Below are positions 1-15,009 of a DNA stretch of 64,000 nucleotides, piece by piece. Source of the stretch: Macrostomum lignano (lineage: Eukaryota); assembly GCA_002269645.1 (NCBI GenBank), contig NIVC01004010.1, forward strand, positions 1 to 64,000. Direction: 5' to 3'. A program made the translations under genes and the position numbers. Position 1 is the stretch's first letter. Every line of letters begins with the position of its first letter. The notes under the pieces were generated by a model. It did not search any database, had not been told where the DNA came from, and worked only from the letters and a program-made list of their open reading frames with translations.

Positions 1-99
1 GCTGGCTTTAAACTTGGCAAAAACTGCGTCCACGCAACATCCACTCCTGACCAGGCCAGTCCAAACGACCTGTTGCACCGGGACGCATGACATGAGCGC

Positions 100-730
100 G
101 CATTTTTTAAACTGCTCTCAGTGACACAAGCGCGCACTGACACAAGCGCCACCTGTTGAAGCATCTTAAATGCATGAGTCTGGCACAAGCGCGCATTAAA
201 AACGCATGAGTCTGGCACAAGCGCGCATTCTAGACACATCAATCTGAATTCTGCAGTTTGAAGTTATTAGAATAATAAGACATAGGCGTATTCAGCTTTC
301 CCATCAAGTCAGTGCAGTTCTCGCTGAGTGAGTGGGTGGGGCGACGTAGAGTGCACAGCTGCTTCCGTGGCGACTGGGATCGGCTTTTGCGGAAATCGTC
401 GAAAGCACAATGTATCGACAGCGTCGCAGAATCATTCCGCCGCTATCCGAGGACGCCGACGTCACTTACGAGGCCCTTCTCGATGCTCCTGAAAGTTTCC
501 GAAGCATTTACAGCGTCAATGTGCTGCTCCAAGGACGTGTGGTCGTCCCAAATGGTGGCGTAGCCAAAAAATAAAGCTTCCTGACTTTGTGCCGGACCAT
601 CAGCTTCGTGACTTTGTGCCGGATAGTCGTAAAAATTGCCTCCGCGCTTATGTCTCAGCAGTAAAAATTGCCTGCGCGGTAAAGTCACTGTGGTTTTGCG
701 CACTTGTGCCTGTGCGCGCTTATTTCCACA
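100..730. repeat. Cluster of short direct and inverted CACAAGCGCGCA-type repeats; possible DNA-transposon/MITE subterminal region
   Basis: CACAAGCGC(GCA) occurs several times at ~125-230, including a duplicated GCATGAGTCTGGCACAAGCGCGCATT. Reverse-complement versions (GCGCTTATG, GCGCACTTGTG, TGTGCGCGCTT) occur at ~640-720. No convincing protein lies between them. Confidence 0.35.
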
Positions 731-2461
731 CTTGCCAAAAAATACACATTGGTCGATGAATTTTACTTTTTCGTCTCGCAACTGAGGAGAGTTCAAGGCA
801 ATGGAGGGTTGTCTGAAATGAAAATTCATGGCATTGGTAAACATGGCCATTACCATGTTTTCTCACTGCCAGCTAACTTCATTGTCAATTTTTCCATCAG
901 GATCCGAGTGGGAAGGGAGAATGTTGTGTGTGGTGGCGAAGCCCCACTTACAACCATAGATTATTTTATTTTAGGCACCATACAATGCATCATAGACTAT
1001 TGCCTTAACGTAAATTACCATAGACATTTTGAACAATGGGCCCTACCAACAGAGCCGCCTTAGCTTCTACTACGATTCAAAGTGGCACTCCTGCTGTGAA
1101 TTTGTCTAGGGTGGTTGCCAGGACAACAAGAACTACCGCTTTCTTTGGGCCGGCCGACTGCGAGCAAACCTGCAGTGGCTGTCAATTAGGCTGACTATAT
1201 TAAATAAAATTGAATGCACTCAGTAATTCCTATCAGGAAATTTTTTTTCGAGTTTAACTAAAGCGGCTTCAGGTTTAATTTAATTCGTTTGCATTTGAGG
1301 TTTTATTACTATAAATTTTAAGAAGCTAAGTAGCTCATTATTGTAAACTTAACAAAAATAATTATACGAGTAACATGTAGCCACAAATGTACATGCTGAC
1401 AGATTGGGGGGGGTTGAAACTTGCAATAAAAAGGAAGATTTCTGGGTTTACCAATAACTTAAGCTGCGTTATTGTTTTTTAAAAAAGAGCAAGCATATGA
1501 TCTATTGTTCAGTCAGACACACGGCAAACTCTAAAGAGAGGAAGACAAATATTTTTAGTCTTTTGGATTTTATGACAAGGAAAACGTTTTGCCACCGTAC
1601 CGTTAAATTTAAGCGGCAGGATTGAAGCTTCAAATCCGAGGTATGAGTTTTTTATCAGAACTTGCAAAGAAGCTAAGTAAATCTTTTGGAGAAAATCAAT
1701 GATAAAATCTGTTGGCGGAGCGCAAAAGACGGTAGCTATAGAAAACTGAGCTAAAAATTCAATAAGGAATCTAATAAATTTGCATTTTTTGTCGCTGCTA
1801 TCACAGATGCTCCATCGCTGTCCATAATTTGTAAACAATGGTTGCTTGAGGTACACTTTGTGCACTAGCTAAATGTGTTCATTACAAAATAGTTATTAAC
1901 ACAGGCGAGGTCAAAAGTTCATTTAGCTACATGTATAAAATATTTATTCGATAGTGATTGGCCGAGGCTCAAGTTTTATATAAAAAATGCTACCTGCTGC
2001 TCACTGGTTTCCACATGTAGTAGCATTTTCAATTTTCTAGTATAAAGCTCACTAACTGGAATAAACAATACGTATTTACTATTCCAATAATTGCAAACCG
2101 CTAATAGCACTTTAAAACTGGCTTAGACGTATGGTGTGTTGCGTTGTGGGTTAAGCAGCTAGTGCTAAAATTGTATTTTAGACGGCCAAATGCCTCGTCA
2201 TCTAGATATTGGTCTGTAAACATCCAGGCAGCAGTTCAAAGTTTCAAATAATCTCTCCCTACGGCCATGGTTTTGAAAAAAAATTGTGTATAATAAACAC
2301 TCACCAAATTCTTGCAAGGGTTTGAACTTCAGGCTAACAAGTTAAATGAAAGTGTACCATAAATCGTAAAATTGTACTTTTCTCTGAGCATAATACGAGT
2401 ATATCTATTCATACCTGTATCTGATAACAATAATTTTTTTGCGTGAATCGATGCTCGGACA

Positions 2462-5007
<2,546 letters not shown>

Positions 5008-5469
5008 TTAATTCTTATCTACATGTATTACCCCCATAATTGGTAATAAAATTAGTGTCTTAAGGCTCGTTCATAAAATTAGTCGCAATATATTTCACGA
5101 ATAACGTGAATAGCATCGCAAAAACATGTAGAAGCCGTGCAATGTGCCAAAATTAGTTCATTTAACGACGACGACAAAAAATTATTATGGGCGATAAGAC
5201 TAACTGCGTGTGCCATTTAATTAGGACTAATTGAAAGCTTTGAACTTACACGAATCCCAGTGCACTTTATGTTTCTCTCCCAGAAAGTGTCACCTAATAG
5301 CGCAGAGACACCAATAAAAAGTTCTTATCGCTGCTAAGGCTTCTGCGACTCAATGCGTGTTGCTTTTTTATGCTCCATGACGGGCTTAGCGAGAAAGAAT
5401 GATCAGGGGTGCTGTGAGTGACTGCACCCACCCCCTTCGCCAGCTCTCCACCCTCACAGCTCTCTTCTG

Positions 5470-5482
5470 GTTGCTAGGATAC
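5470..5482. promoter_or_regulatory. Candidate RFX X-box (GTTGCTAGGATAC) upstream of the ZNF474-like gene
   Basis: Imperfect palindrome matching the RFX consensus GTTGC(C/T)(AT)GG(C/A)(A/T)AC, about 500 bp 5' of the first coding exon. Motif match only. Confidence 0.4.
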
Positions 5483-5968
5483 GGTAAACTATCTACGCAC
5501 TGTACCCTGTACTCGCTTACTTGCACTCCTGTCTCCCTCTACCTCTCTCTCGGTCCCTGTGCAGCCCCCCCCCAATTCCCTATGCAACAACAATGTACAT
5601 GCTCTGTCCAGATTATTACTAACTAAATGTACGGCTCAGCCCAGCCCGCGGAGATGCAGAGAGCAGTTGAGCAGAGGAGAGCATTGCGCAGTGCAGCTGG
5701 TAAATTATGGAATGCTGTTTACTCTCTGCTCGAGACAGTCCGTCGCACAATGGGTTTTGGGGGTTCAAGTCAGGCCGCTCTGCATGCAACTTTGTAAACA
5801 ACTTCTTCTAGCTACATGGTTGGCTCCCTGCCGCTCCGCGCCGTCTATTACTCCGCCATTTTAATCCTATATTATAAAACACCTGGCTAAAGTACTGCAT
5901 TAATTTTTTTTTGCTTTCACTCTCTGTGACGCAAGAAAGACTCATATTATAAAAGTAGACAAAATATG

Positions 5969-6372
5969 TTAGGAGTGACATACTTGGAGTGTCAGGAGTA
6001 ACATGCTTTAGGTGTCAGGAGTGCCATACTTTAGGTGTCAGGAGTAACATGCTTTAGGTGTCAGAAGTGCCATACTTTAGGTGTCAGGAGTAACATGCTT
6101 TAGGTGTCAGGAGTGCCATACTTTAGGTGTCAGGGGAGTGACATACTTTAGGTGTCAGGAGTGACATACTTTAGGTGTCAGGAGTGACATACTTTAGGTG
6201 TCAGGAGTAACATGCTTTAGGTGTCAGGAGTGCCATACTTTAGGTGTCAGGGGAGTGACATACTTTAGGTTGTCAGGAGTGCCATACTTTAGGTGTCAGG
6301 AGTGACATACTTTAGGTGTCAGGAGTGACATACTTTAGGTGTCAGGATTGACATACTTTAGGTGTCAGAAGC
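5969..6372. repeat. ~23-bp minisatellite (GGTGTCAGGAGTGACATACTTTA)
   Basis: Direct tandem copies are visible in the sequence. Confidence 0.95.
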
Positions 6373-6771
6373 GGCAATAACGTCGCCCACTGCAAACTAA
6401 TCGCGTCACAAGATAACTAAAATGCATAATTGCAAACTTCCTTTGTGTCCCTCGGATTACTCTCTAGCTGTTTCCGATTAGAATATCTGGTTATTTTTTA
6501 CGCAAATTTGAAAATGAAGAGATGAGGGTCATCTCGGCGCACCCAACCTTAGCAGGCGCAGCGCTCACAGCTCGTAAATAAGTCTGCCCATTAGAAAAAT
6601 GAAAACAACAAAAAGAAGGCCCATAGCTGCTTTTGCGCTCCGCCACTCGCAGGAACCGCCGGTTGTATCGCTTTTTATGCAATACGAGCTCTGATTCACT
6701 TCAGTACGCAGATTCTACTTTTTGAAAGGAATTTTTTTCCTAGGGAATCAGATTTTTATTTTTAAAGCTGT

Positions 6772-7222
6772 TTTCAGATAGGGAAGCAGATTTTTGGACT
6801 GGAAAGCAGATTCTCCATTTGGGAAGCAGCTTCTCAGATAGGGAAGCAGATTCTCAGATTGGGAAGCAGATTCTCAGATTGGGAAGCAGATTCTCAGATT
6901 GGGAAGCAGTTTATCAGATTGGGAAGCAGGTTCTCAGATTGGGAAGCAGATTCTCAGATTGGGAAACAGGTTATCAGATTTGGAAGCAGGTTATCAGATT
7001 GGGAAGCAGGTTATCAGATCGGGAATCAGTTTAGCAGATTGGGAAGCAGGTTATCAGATCGGGAATCAGTTTAGCAGATTAGGAAGCAGATTCTCAGATT
7101 GGGAAACAGGTTATCAGATTTGGAAGCAGTTTATCAGATTGGGAAGCAGGTTATCAGATTGGGAAGCAGGTTATCAGATTGGGAAGCAGGTTATCAGATT
7201 GGGAAGCAGGTTATCAGATCAG
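6772..7222. repeat. 20-bp minisatellite (GGGAAGCAGGTTATCAGATT)
   Basis: Tandem 20-mers; they generate repetitive ORFs in all three + frames. Confidence 0.95.
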
Positions 7223-8094
7223 AAAGTACGCACCACCACAGAGGCAGCCACACGCAAGACCAAAAGTTCTCCTAAGCCAACCAAAATAATGGAGCAAGTC
7301 GCTGTGCCGTTTATTTCAACTAAACTAAATAATTGTTTTACTTAACAGGTATACTACTTGCAGCAATAAAATACGCACAGAATCTAACAATCCCTTTTGA
7401 ATGGTTTCATAGTAACAAAAATGTGTTGGATATGACATTTGAGGATCTGAGGATCAGGTGTATTTTACAGATGCTTATACATATATCTATATTTTGATGC
7501 GCTAGCAGGTTAATTATGGAAGCATATTCGTATTAAGAGACCGGCTCCGCGGGTGTTTCAGCAAGCACAGAACTAAAAGCAGCTGTCTTGTTTTTGAGTC
7601 ACTCATAAAACGTGACATGCCTTCCTTGCAAGATGAATAAAATTGTAAAACTGTTGGCTTGAACTTCAATTAAAATGAGCGCGAATTTGGGGCACTGCAT
7701 CATCAGTCTTAAAAAGAAGTTCAAGGTCGCTAAACGGGTACAATGTCCGCACGGGTTTGGGTGGTTTTGTTGTTAGGGGGAAATCACAGCACAATGAGAA
7801 TTGGTTAGAGATGCAGGTGAGCTCAGGTGAGTCAGAGACTGGCTGACCGGCTGGCGCACGCCTTCTGCTTCTGTCTGCCGGGTGATTGACAGGTCAGCGA
7901 AGGTTATAGCATTTGACAAAATCACCCAGCGTGAACGCATCGTTCGATTTGTTTCAAGAAAAATTAACAACAAAACAGTAAGTTTATGCAGCTTAAAAGT
8001 CAGTTTTAACGGTCACTAAAAGCGCGCAAATAAACAGGGTGCTTTGTATAGATTTGAATGTTAGATTATCAATCATTCTACTGATCTGATGGGA

Positions 8095-8460
8095 GAGAGT
8101 TAGGGACAAAAAGAGATGAGACAGAAAAGAAAAGAGGGGAAAGACAAGGAGAGAGGGGAGAGACAAGAAAATAGGGGAGAGACAAGAAGAGAGGGGATAG
8201 ACAAGAAGAGAGGGGATAGACAAGAAGAGAGGGAAGAGACAAGAAGAGAGGGGAGAGACAAGAAGAGACAAGAAGAGACGAGAAGAGAGGGGAGAGACAA
8301 GAAGAGAGGGAGAGACGAGAAGAGAGGGGAGAGACAAGAAGAGAGGGAGAGACGAGAAGAGAGGGGAGAGACAAGAAGAGAGGGGAGAGACGAGAAGAGA
8401 GGGGAGAGACAAGAAGAGAGGGAGAGACGAGAAGAGAGGGGAGAGACAAAAAGAGAGCAG
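8095..8460. repeat. Purine-rich GA minisatellite (GAGACAAGAAGAGAGGG-type)
   Basis: Near-pure A/G tandem repeat just beyond the 3' end of the catenin gene. Confidence 0.9.
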
Positions 8461-8627
8461 TGTCCAGAACGAGTCCACTATTTCCAAGGTTAAAAAACAA
8501 TTTCCATATAGTCATTCGCAAAAGCAGAAGCAAAAATAAAACAATAATTTATGCAAAGAAACAGCAAATCCGCGATGAGCTGGCGGTTAGTCATAGGAAA
8601 TTGAAGTATTATTAATTAATTTCGGCC

Positions 8628-11021
8628 TCAAACCCAGCTGTCAGCCACCTGCTGTTGCTCCTGCTCCTGCTGGCTCTGCACTACCGTGGTGGTCTTTGTC
8701 GTGGTGGTGGCGCTGTAGCCGTAGCCCCTCTCGCCTCTGTTGATCTGCGCGTATTGCGGCTCGGAAGAGGTGGCACGCAGCTCCAGGGTGGTGGGCTTGG
8801 AAAGGAGGATGGAGGGAGAAGAGTTTGGCTTTAAGAGGACAGGTGCGATGCTGGAAATGATGTGTTTGTGACGTGCGTGTGATGTGTGATATGATCTACG
8901 TGTGTGATCTGTGTGGCAAATCTGTGTGGCGATCAGTGATGACTCAATCAATGTATTGCAATGCTAAGGTCGCAACCCCGCCCACCTGGAAGCCCGCATT
9001 GTCGTATGCGATATTCACGCCACTGCCAGCACCGGCTGAGGCGGACGAGCCGTGCATGTGCTGCTCCTGGACAGTCTTCTTCTGCACGGTGGCAGAGGCG
9101 GAGACCGACCCGGACGGGGCCGCTGCCGCGCCGCTCTTTGGCTTTTGCTTCCGCAGCAGCTGATGCTGGCTGGACTTGTGCGGCCCGCTCCAGCCGAACT
9201 CGTCACGCAGACGGTTCCTGAGCAGGTATGGGGGGAGAGGGTGAAATTGTGAGTTGATGGGAGTCATTTTTAGGTAGATTATTAGGTAGGTAGATCGGTA
9301 GATTGAAACGTAGGTAGGCAGATTTGGAGGTACAACGGTAGATTAATACTCGTAAGTAGGCAGAAAGGTAAAAAGGAGAAAGGCATATAGACAGATTGGA
9401 AGGTAGATTGACATATTGGAATGTAGATTGACAGATTGGAAGGTAGATTGACAGATTGGAAGGTAGATTGACAGATTGGAATGTAGATTGACAGATTGGG
9501 AGGTAGATTGACAGCTTGGAATGTAGATTGACAGATTGGAAGGTAGATTGACAGATTGGAATGTAGATTGACAGATTGGAATGTAGATTGACAGATTGGA
9601 AGGTAAGATTGACAGATTGGAATGTAGATTGACAGATTGGAAGGTAAGATTGACAGATTGGAATGTAGATTGACAGATGGGAAGGTAAGATTGACAGATT
9701 GGAATGTAGATTGACAGATTGGAAGGTAGATTGACATATTGGAATGTAGATTGACAGATTGGAAGGTAAGATTGACAGATTGGAATGTAGATTGACAGAT
9801 TGGAAGGTAGATTGACAGATTGGAAGGTAGCTTGACAGATTGGAATGTAGATTGACAGATTGGAATGTAGATTGACATATTGGAATGTAGATTGACATAC
9901 TGGAATGTAGATTGACATATTGGAATGTAGATTGACAGATTGGAAGGTAGATTGACATATTGGAATGTAGATTGACAGATTGGAAGGTAAGATTGACATA
10001 TTGGAATATAGATTGACAGATTGGAATGTAGATTGACATATTGGAATGTAGATTGACAGATTGGAAGGTAGATTGACAGATTGGAATGTAGATTGACAGA
10101 TTGGAAGGTAAGATTGACAGATTGGAAGGTAGATTGACATATTGGAATGTAGATTGACAGATTGGAAGGTAAGATTGACAGATTGGAATGTAGATTGACA
10201 GATTGGAATGTAGATTGGCAGATTGGAAGGTAAGATTGACAGATTGGAATGTAGATTGACAGATTGGAAGGTAGATTGACAGATTGGAATGTAGATTGAC
10301 AGATTGGGAGGTAGATTGACAGATTGGAATGTAGATTGACAGATTGGAAGGTAGATTGACAGATTGGAAGGTAGATTGACAGATTGGAAGGTAGATTGAC
10401 AGATTGGAATGTAGATTGACAGATTGGAAGGTAGATTGACAGATTGGAAGGTAGATTGACAGATTGGAATGTAGATTGACAGATTGGAATGTAGATTGAC
10501 AGATTGGAAGGTAGATTGACAGATTGGAAGGTAGATAGATCGACTGGAAGCTAAATCGCGGACTTGGAGGTAAATCGGCTGCATAGAAAACAATTGATAG
10601 ATTGGGACTTGGAAAGCAAATAGCGCTCAGTAAGCAATCAGTAGGCAGCTTTGAGTCCCCATCCTCACCTGTTTGCGGCTCCCTCACCGCTCGAGGCAAG
10701 GAAGGCGAGCAGCGCATCAGCATACCGGACGACAGTCTCGGTGTTGCCGGCCGGGTTGCCGCTGATGTGCACCAGGCTGGCCACGGCGCCGCAGCGGAAC
10801 AGCTCCTCGGTGACGACGCCGGGCTCGCGGCGCAGCGCGGCGAACAGGGCGGCGATGATGGCGGCCTGCTGGTCGGCTGGGCGCCGGGCGCCCGGGGGCA
10901 GCGGCTTCTCCTTCGAGCCTCCGGCCTGCGACGACGCCTGGGCTGGCGGCAGAATTGAAGCCAGAAGCTGCACCTGCTGAGCTGTCACCTGAATTATTGA
11001 TTGATTGATTGATTGATTAAT

Positions 11022-11062
<41 letters not shown>

Positions 11063-11065
11063 AAT

Positions 11066-11106
<41 letters not shown>

Positions 11107-11109
11107 AAT

Positions 11110-11150
<41 letters not shown>

Positions 11151-11153
11151 AAT

Positions 11154-11217
<64 letters not shown>

Positions 11218-14200
11218 AATTGTTAATTCATTGCTTGATTCATTGATTCATTGATTGATTGACTGACTGACTGTTGATTTATTGATTGATTGATGGGTTG
11301 ATTAATTGATTATTTAATTTATTGATTGATTGAATGATTGATTGATGAAGCGTACCTCCTTGGGCGCCGAGTCCTGCAGCACGTTGCGGTAGGCGGTCGC
11401 CAGGGTCACCACGGCAGACCAGAGCGGCGGCGGGGCCTCGGCCACAAGCTGGCACAGCAGGTGGTGCCCCTTTGCCGCCCGGAACTGCTTCCGGAAGTCC
11501 ACAGCTGGTTGCCAGGAGCAAGCGGCCAGGTTCTGCACGGTGCCGGCCGCGGCCTCAAACATGTGCGGCCGCTGGCAGGCGTCCAGCATGTGCAGCAGTA
11601 GCGGCGCCATGTCGGCTGGGCACCAGATCCGGTCCATGCCGTGCACCGGGTTCGGCATCCGACGCTGGATGATCGGCGCCTGCTCGGTGGTCGCCTTGCC
11701 TTTGCCGCCAGCCGGCTGCTTCTGCTGCGGCTTCTTTTGCCCCGCTGGCTGCCGCTTGTCCTTCGACTGTCCGGAACCGCAGCAGGCCAGCGGCGACTTC
11801 TTGGCGGCGGCACCGTCGGCAGCCGCCGCTTTAGCCTCCTCCTGACGGCGCAGGTAGCCGGATCGGCCACCTCCTGGCAGGCGAAGGCGAGGTTGCGCAC
11901 GGCGCACAGGCAGTTCTCCAGGCCCGGCTGATTCACCTCCAGCTGCGCCGCCTGGGCGGACAGCAGTGGCCAGACCAGGCTGTCGGGCAGCCCGTCGACA
12001 CGCCGCAGGCGGTCCCGCCACTGCTCGCCGGGCGTGGAGGACACGGAGCGCAGGACACCAGAAGCCAGGTAGAAAAGGAAGGTGGCGTGCATCGGCTGGT
12101 GCGCGCTTACGTAGGCCTCCCCGCGGAGCTCCAAACCAGCGTGCGGCAGCAGCACAGTCTGTATCTGTTCACCGATATGTATCGAAAGTACATTTTTATT
12201 TTAGAGACTTACTTCCTTTATCCAATCTACATCTTCTATATTTAATCTACCCCTTATTTATCCAATCTACCACCTCCCTATCCAATCTAACCCTTCACCA
12301 TCCAATCTACAATCTCCCAATCCAATCTACTCTGGAGAGCTCTGCTCACCAGTGTCTGAGCGCAGGTGTCAATCACGTCGGGCTTGAGCGTGGGTGTCGA
12401 GCTGATGTTCCACACTGCGGCACAAGCAATTTCGCGCGACTCCTCGTCTCTGCTGGTAGCGATGACCTCGCTGAGCAGCTTGAGAACCCCAAGGCGGCAC
12501 AACTCGAACTTGAGTTCGTCCAGTTTCTGGTCGGACACTTGCTCGCGCTTCTTGTTCATAGCTTCATCCTCGTTTGATCTGAGACGAATTGATGAAATTG
12601 ATTTTATAATCATTTCTCTTAATAGGGAATCCTAGGGAAGGAGAGCCAATAGAGGGAATACTAAGGAGGGAATCCAAGAGAGGGAAACCTAGGTAGAGAA
12701 TCCTAGTTAGGCAATCTTAGTTAGAGAATCCTAGTAAGGGAATGCTAGTTAGGGAATGCTAGTTAGGGAATCCTAGTAAGGGAATGCTAGTTAGGGAATG
12801 CTAGGGAGGGAATCCTGGGGAGGGAATCCTAGAGAAGGAATTCTGAGAGAAATCCAATTTCAAGGGAAAGAATTCCAAGACTAAATCCCCCATAATAACC
12901 CTTGAAAGTCTACAGGAATCTCAGGCGGAAATCCCAAGGCCCACCTAAAGGTGACGTTGCGCACGATGCCCAGCAGGTTCCGCAGCAGGTCGAAGCCCTG
13001 GCCGCCACCACCGCCGACAGCCGCCTGCAGCAGCGCCACCAGCTGCGGCAGGCCGCCTAGCCTGAAAAACTCCACCTTGGCGAAGTTGTCGGCGAATGTG
13101 ACGTGCTGAATGAAGGCGGTGGCGTTCAGCACGGTCTTGTCGTTGTCGGAGCGCAGGTAAGCGACGAGGTCCGCCATGGTGGGGTCGCGGAATGCCGCGG
13201 CGCCTCCGTCGACCATCTCGACCTGGCGGGCTTGCTGCTGCGTCATCGAGCGCTCCGTCCTGGTCTGCTGCTGGGCCTCCTGGCGCATTGCTGTCATGGC
13301 AACGGCCGACTGCTCCTGCAGGTCAATGTCGCGGACTGAGAGTCCGTAGCCGACTCCGACTCCGCCACCACCGCTGCTGGCGCCGCCGCCGCCTCCGCCG
13401 GCGCTGCCCTGAGAGCGCAGCGTCATCGAGGCGCTTCCGCCGGCGTTGACGCGAGCGTTGCCGCCGGAGAGAGCTGTGGGATTTTAATCCGGAGATATTG
13501 ATTGAAGATTTTGAATTGGTGCGCAGAGCATTTGTATGCTCGTACATAAAACTGCTTTGAGGCTCGTCAAAGTTACAGAAAATCCTCTGGGGTAGAGTGC
13601 GAGCAAGGTAAGGTAAGGATTTGTGGGCTGGGGTCGACAAGTAGGGTAGGCAAGGTGGGTAGGCAAGCTAGGGTAGGCAAGGTGGGTAGGCAAGCTAAGG
13701 GTAGGCAAGCTAAGGTTAGGCAAGCTAAGGGTAGGCAAGCTAAGGTTAGGCAAGCTAAGGGTAGGCAAGCTAAGGGTAGGCAAGCTAAGGGTAGGCAAGC
13801 TAAGGTTAGGCAAGCTAAGGGTAGGCAAGCTAAGGGTGGCAAGCTAAGGGTAGGCAAGCTAAGGGTAGGCAAGCTAGGGTAGGCAAGCTAGGGTAGGCAA
13901 GGTGGGTAGGCAAGGTGGGTAGGCAAGCTAGGGTAGGCAAGGTGGGTAGGCAAGCTAAGGGTAGGCAAGCTAGGGTAGGCAAGCTAGGGTAGGCAAGCTA
14001 GGGTAGGCAAGCTAAGGGTAGGCAAGCTAAGGTTAGGCAAGCTAAGGGTAGGCAAGCTAGGGTAGGCAAGCTAGGGTAGGCAAGCTAACGGTAGGCAAGC
14101 TAAGGGTAGGCAAGCTAGGGTAGGCAAGCTAGGGTAGGCAAGCTAGGGTAGGCAAGCTAGGGTAGACAAGCTAGTATAAAGGTGGGAAGATCAGGAATCA

Positions 14201-14917
14201 CGCAGTCGCGTCTTACATCCCAGTGACCCGAACTTGTCAGATCTCGACAAGGTGATTCCACCGCTGCCACCACCAGACTCGTCGCGCAGTTCCCGGTAGT
14301 TTACGTACTGGTTCTGCTGGTCTACCGAAACCTGCTGCTGCTGCTGCCTGGCCGCCCAGTCCAGGCCCGAGGCCTGCGAAGCGTGCAGGCTGCCGGCTGA
14401 AGGCCGCGACCCCTGCCTGGTGGTCTCCACCGTCACCGTGTAGTCGTAACCGACACCGCCGCCTGCGCCGCCGCCGACAATTCCGTTGACGTACTGCGGC
14501 GACCGCGGCCCGCTGATGTTGGAGGTCGAGCCGAGTCGGACGTCGCCGCCGCCGCCGCCGCCGCCACCTGTCGGCTGGAAGTCGAGGTGGAGAATTCGTA
14601 GCGGTGCTGCTGCGGCGGCAGGTTCGCGTAGTCGTCGAGATCCGGCGGGGGCGGTGGCGGCTGGCGCTGCTGCTGGCGGTACTCCAGCTGGCCGGCGAGG
14701 CGGCGACTGTCAGAGCTGGCGGCACTGAAGGTTTTTGGCGAACATGGAAAAGGTTACTTTCTTGATCAATTGGAAACTCGACCGTTCTGGGGTTATTTGA
14801 GGTCAATTTCAAGGTCACACAAGACCGAATGAGCATTTAGTTTCATTGCAATTGTTTCGCTTGCTGATAAGTTTTGTGCAGCTTCTGAACTTTGTGGGTT
14901 GAATTATTTCAAATGAT

Positions 14918-15009
<92 letters not shown>

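Noticed and set aside
443-1865. ORFs 443-856, 704-1063 and 1509-1865 considered as transposase fragments
   Set aside because: No diagnostic catalytic motif could be identified by eye.
9203-10723. 506, 416 and 198 aa ORFs with SIYLPICQSTFQ repeats
   Set aside because: They are translations of the intronic 20-bp minisatellite, open in all frames because the unit lacks stops.
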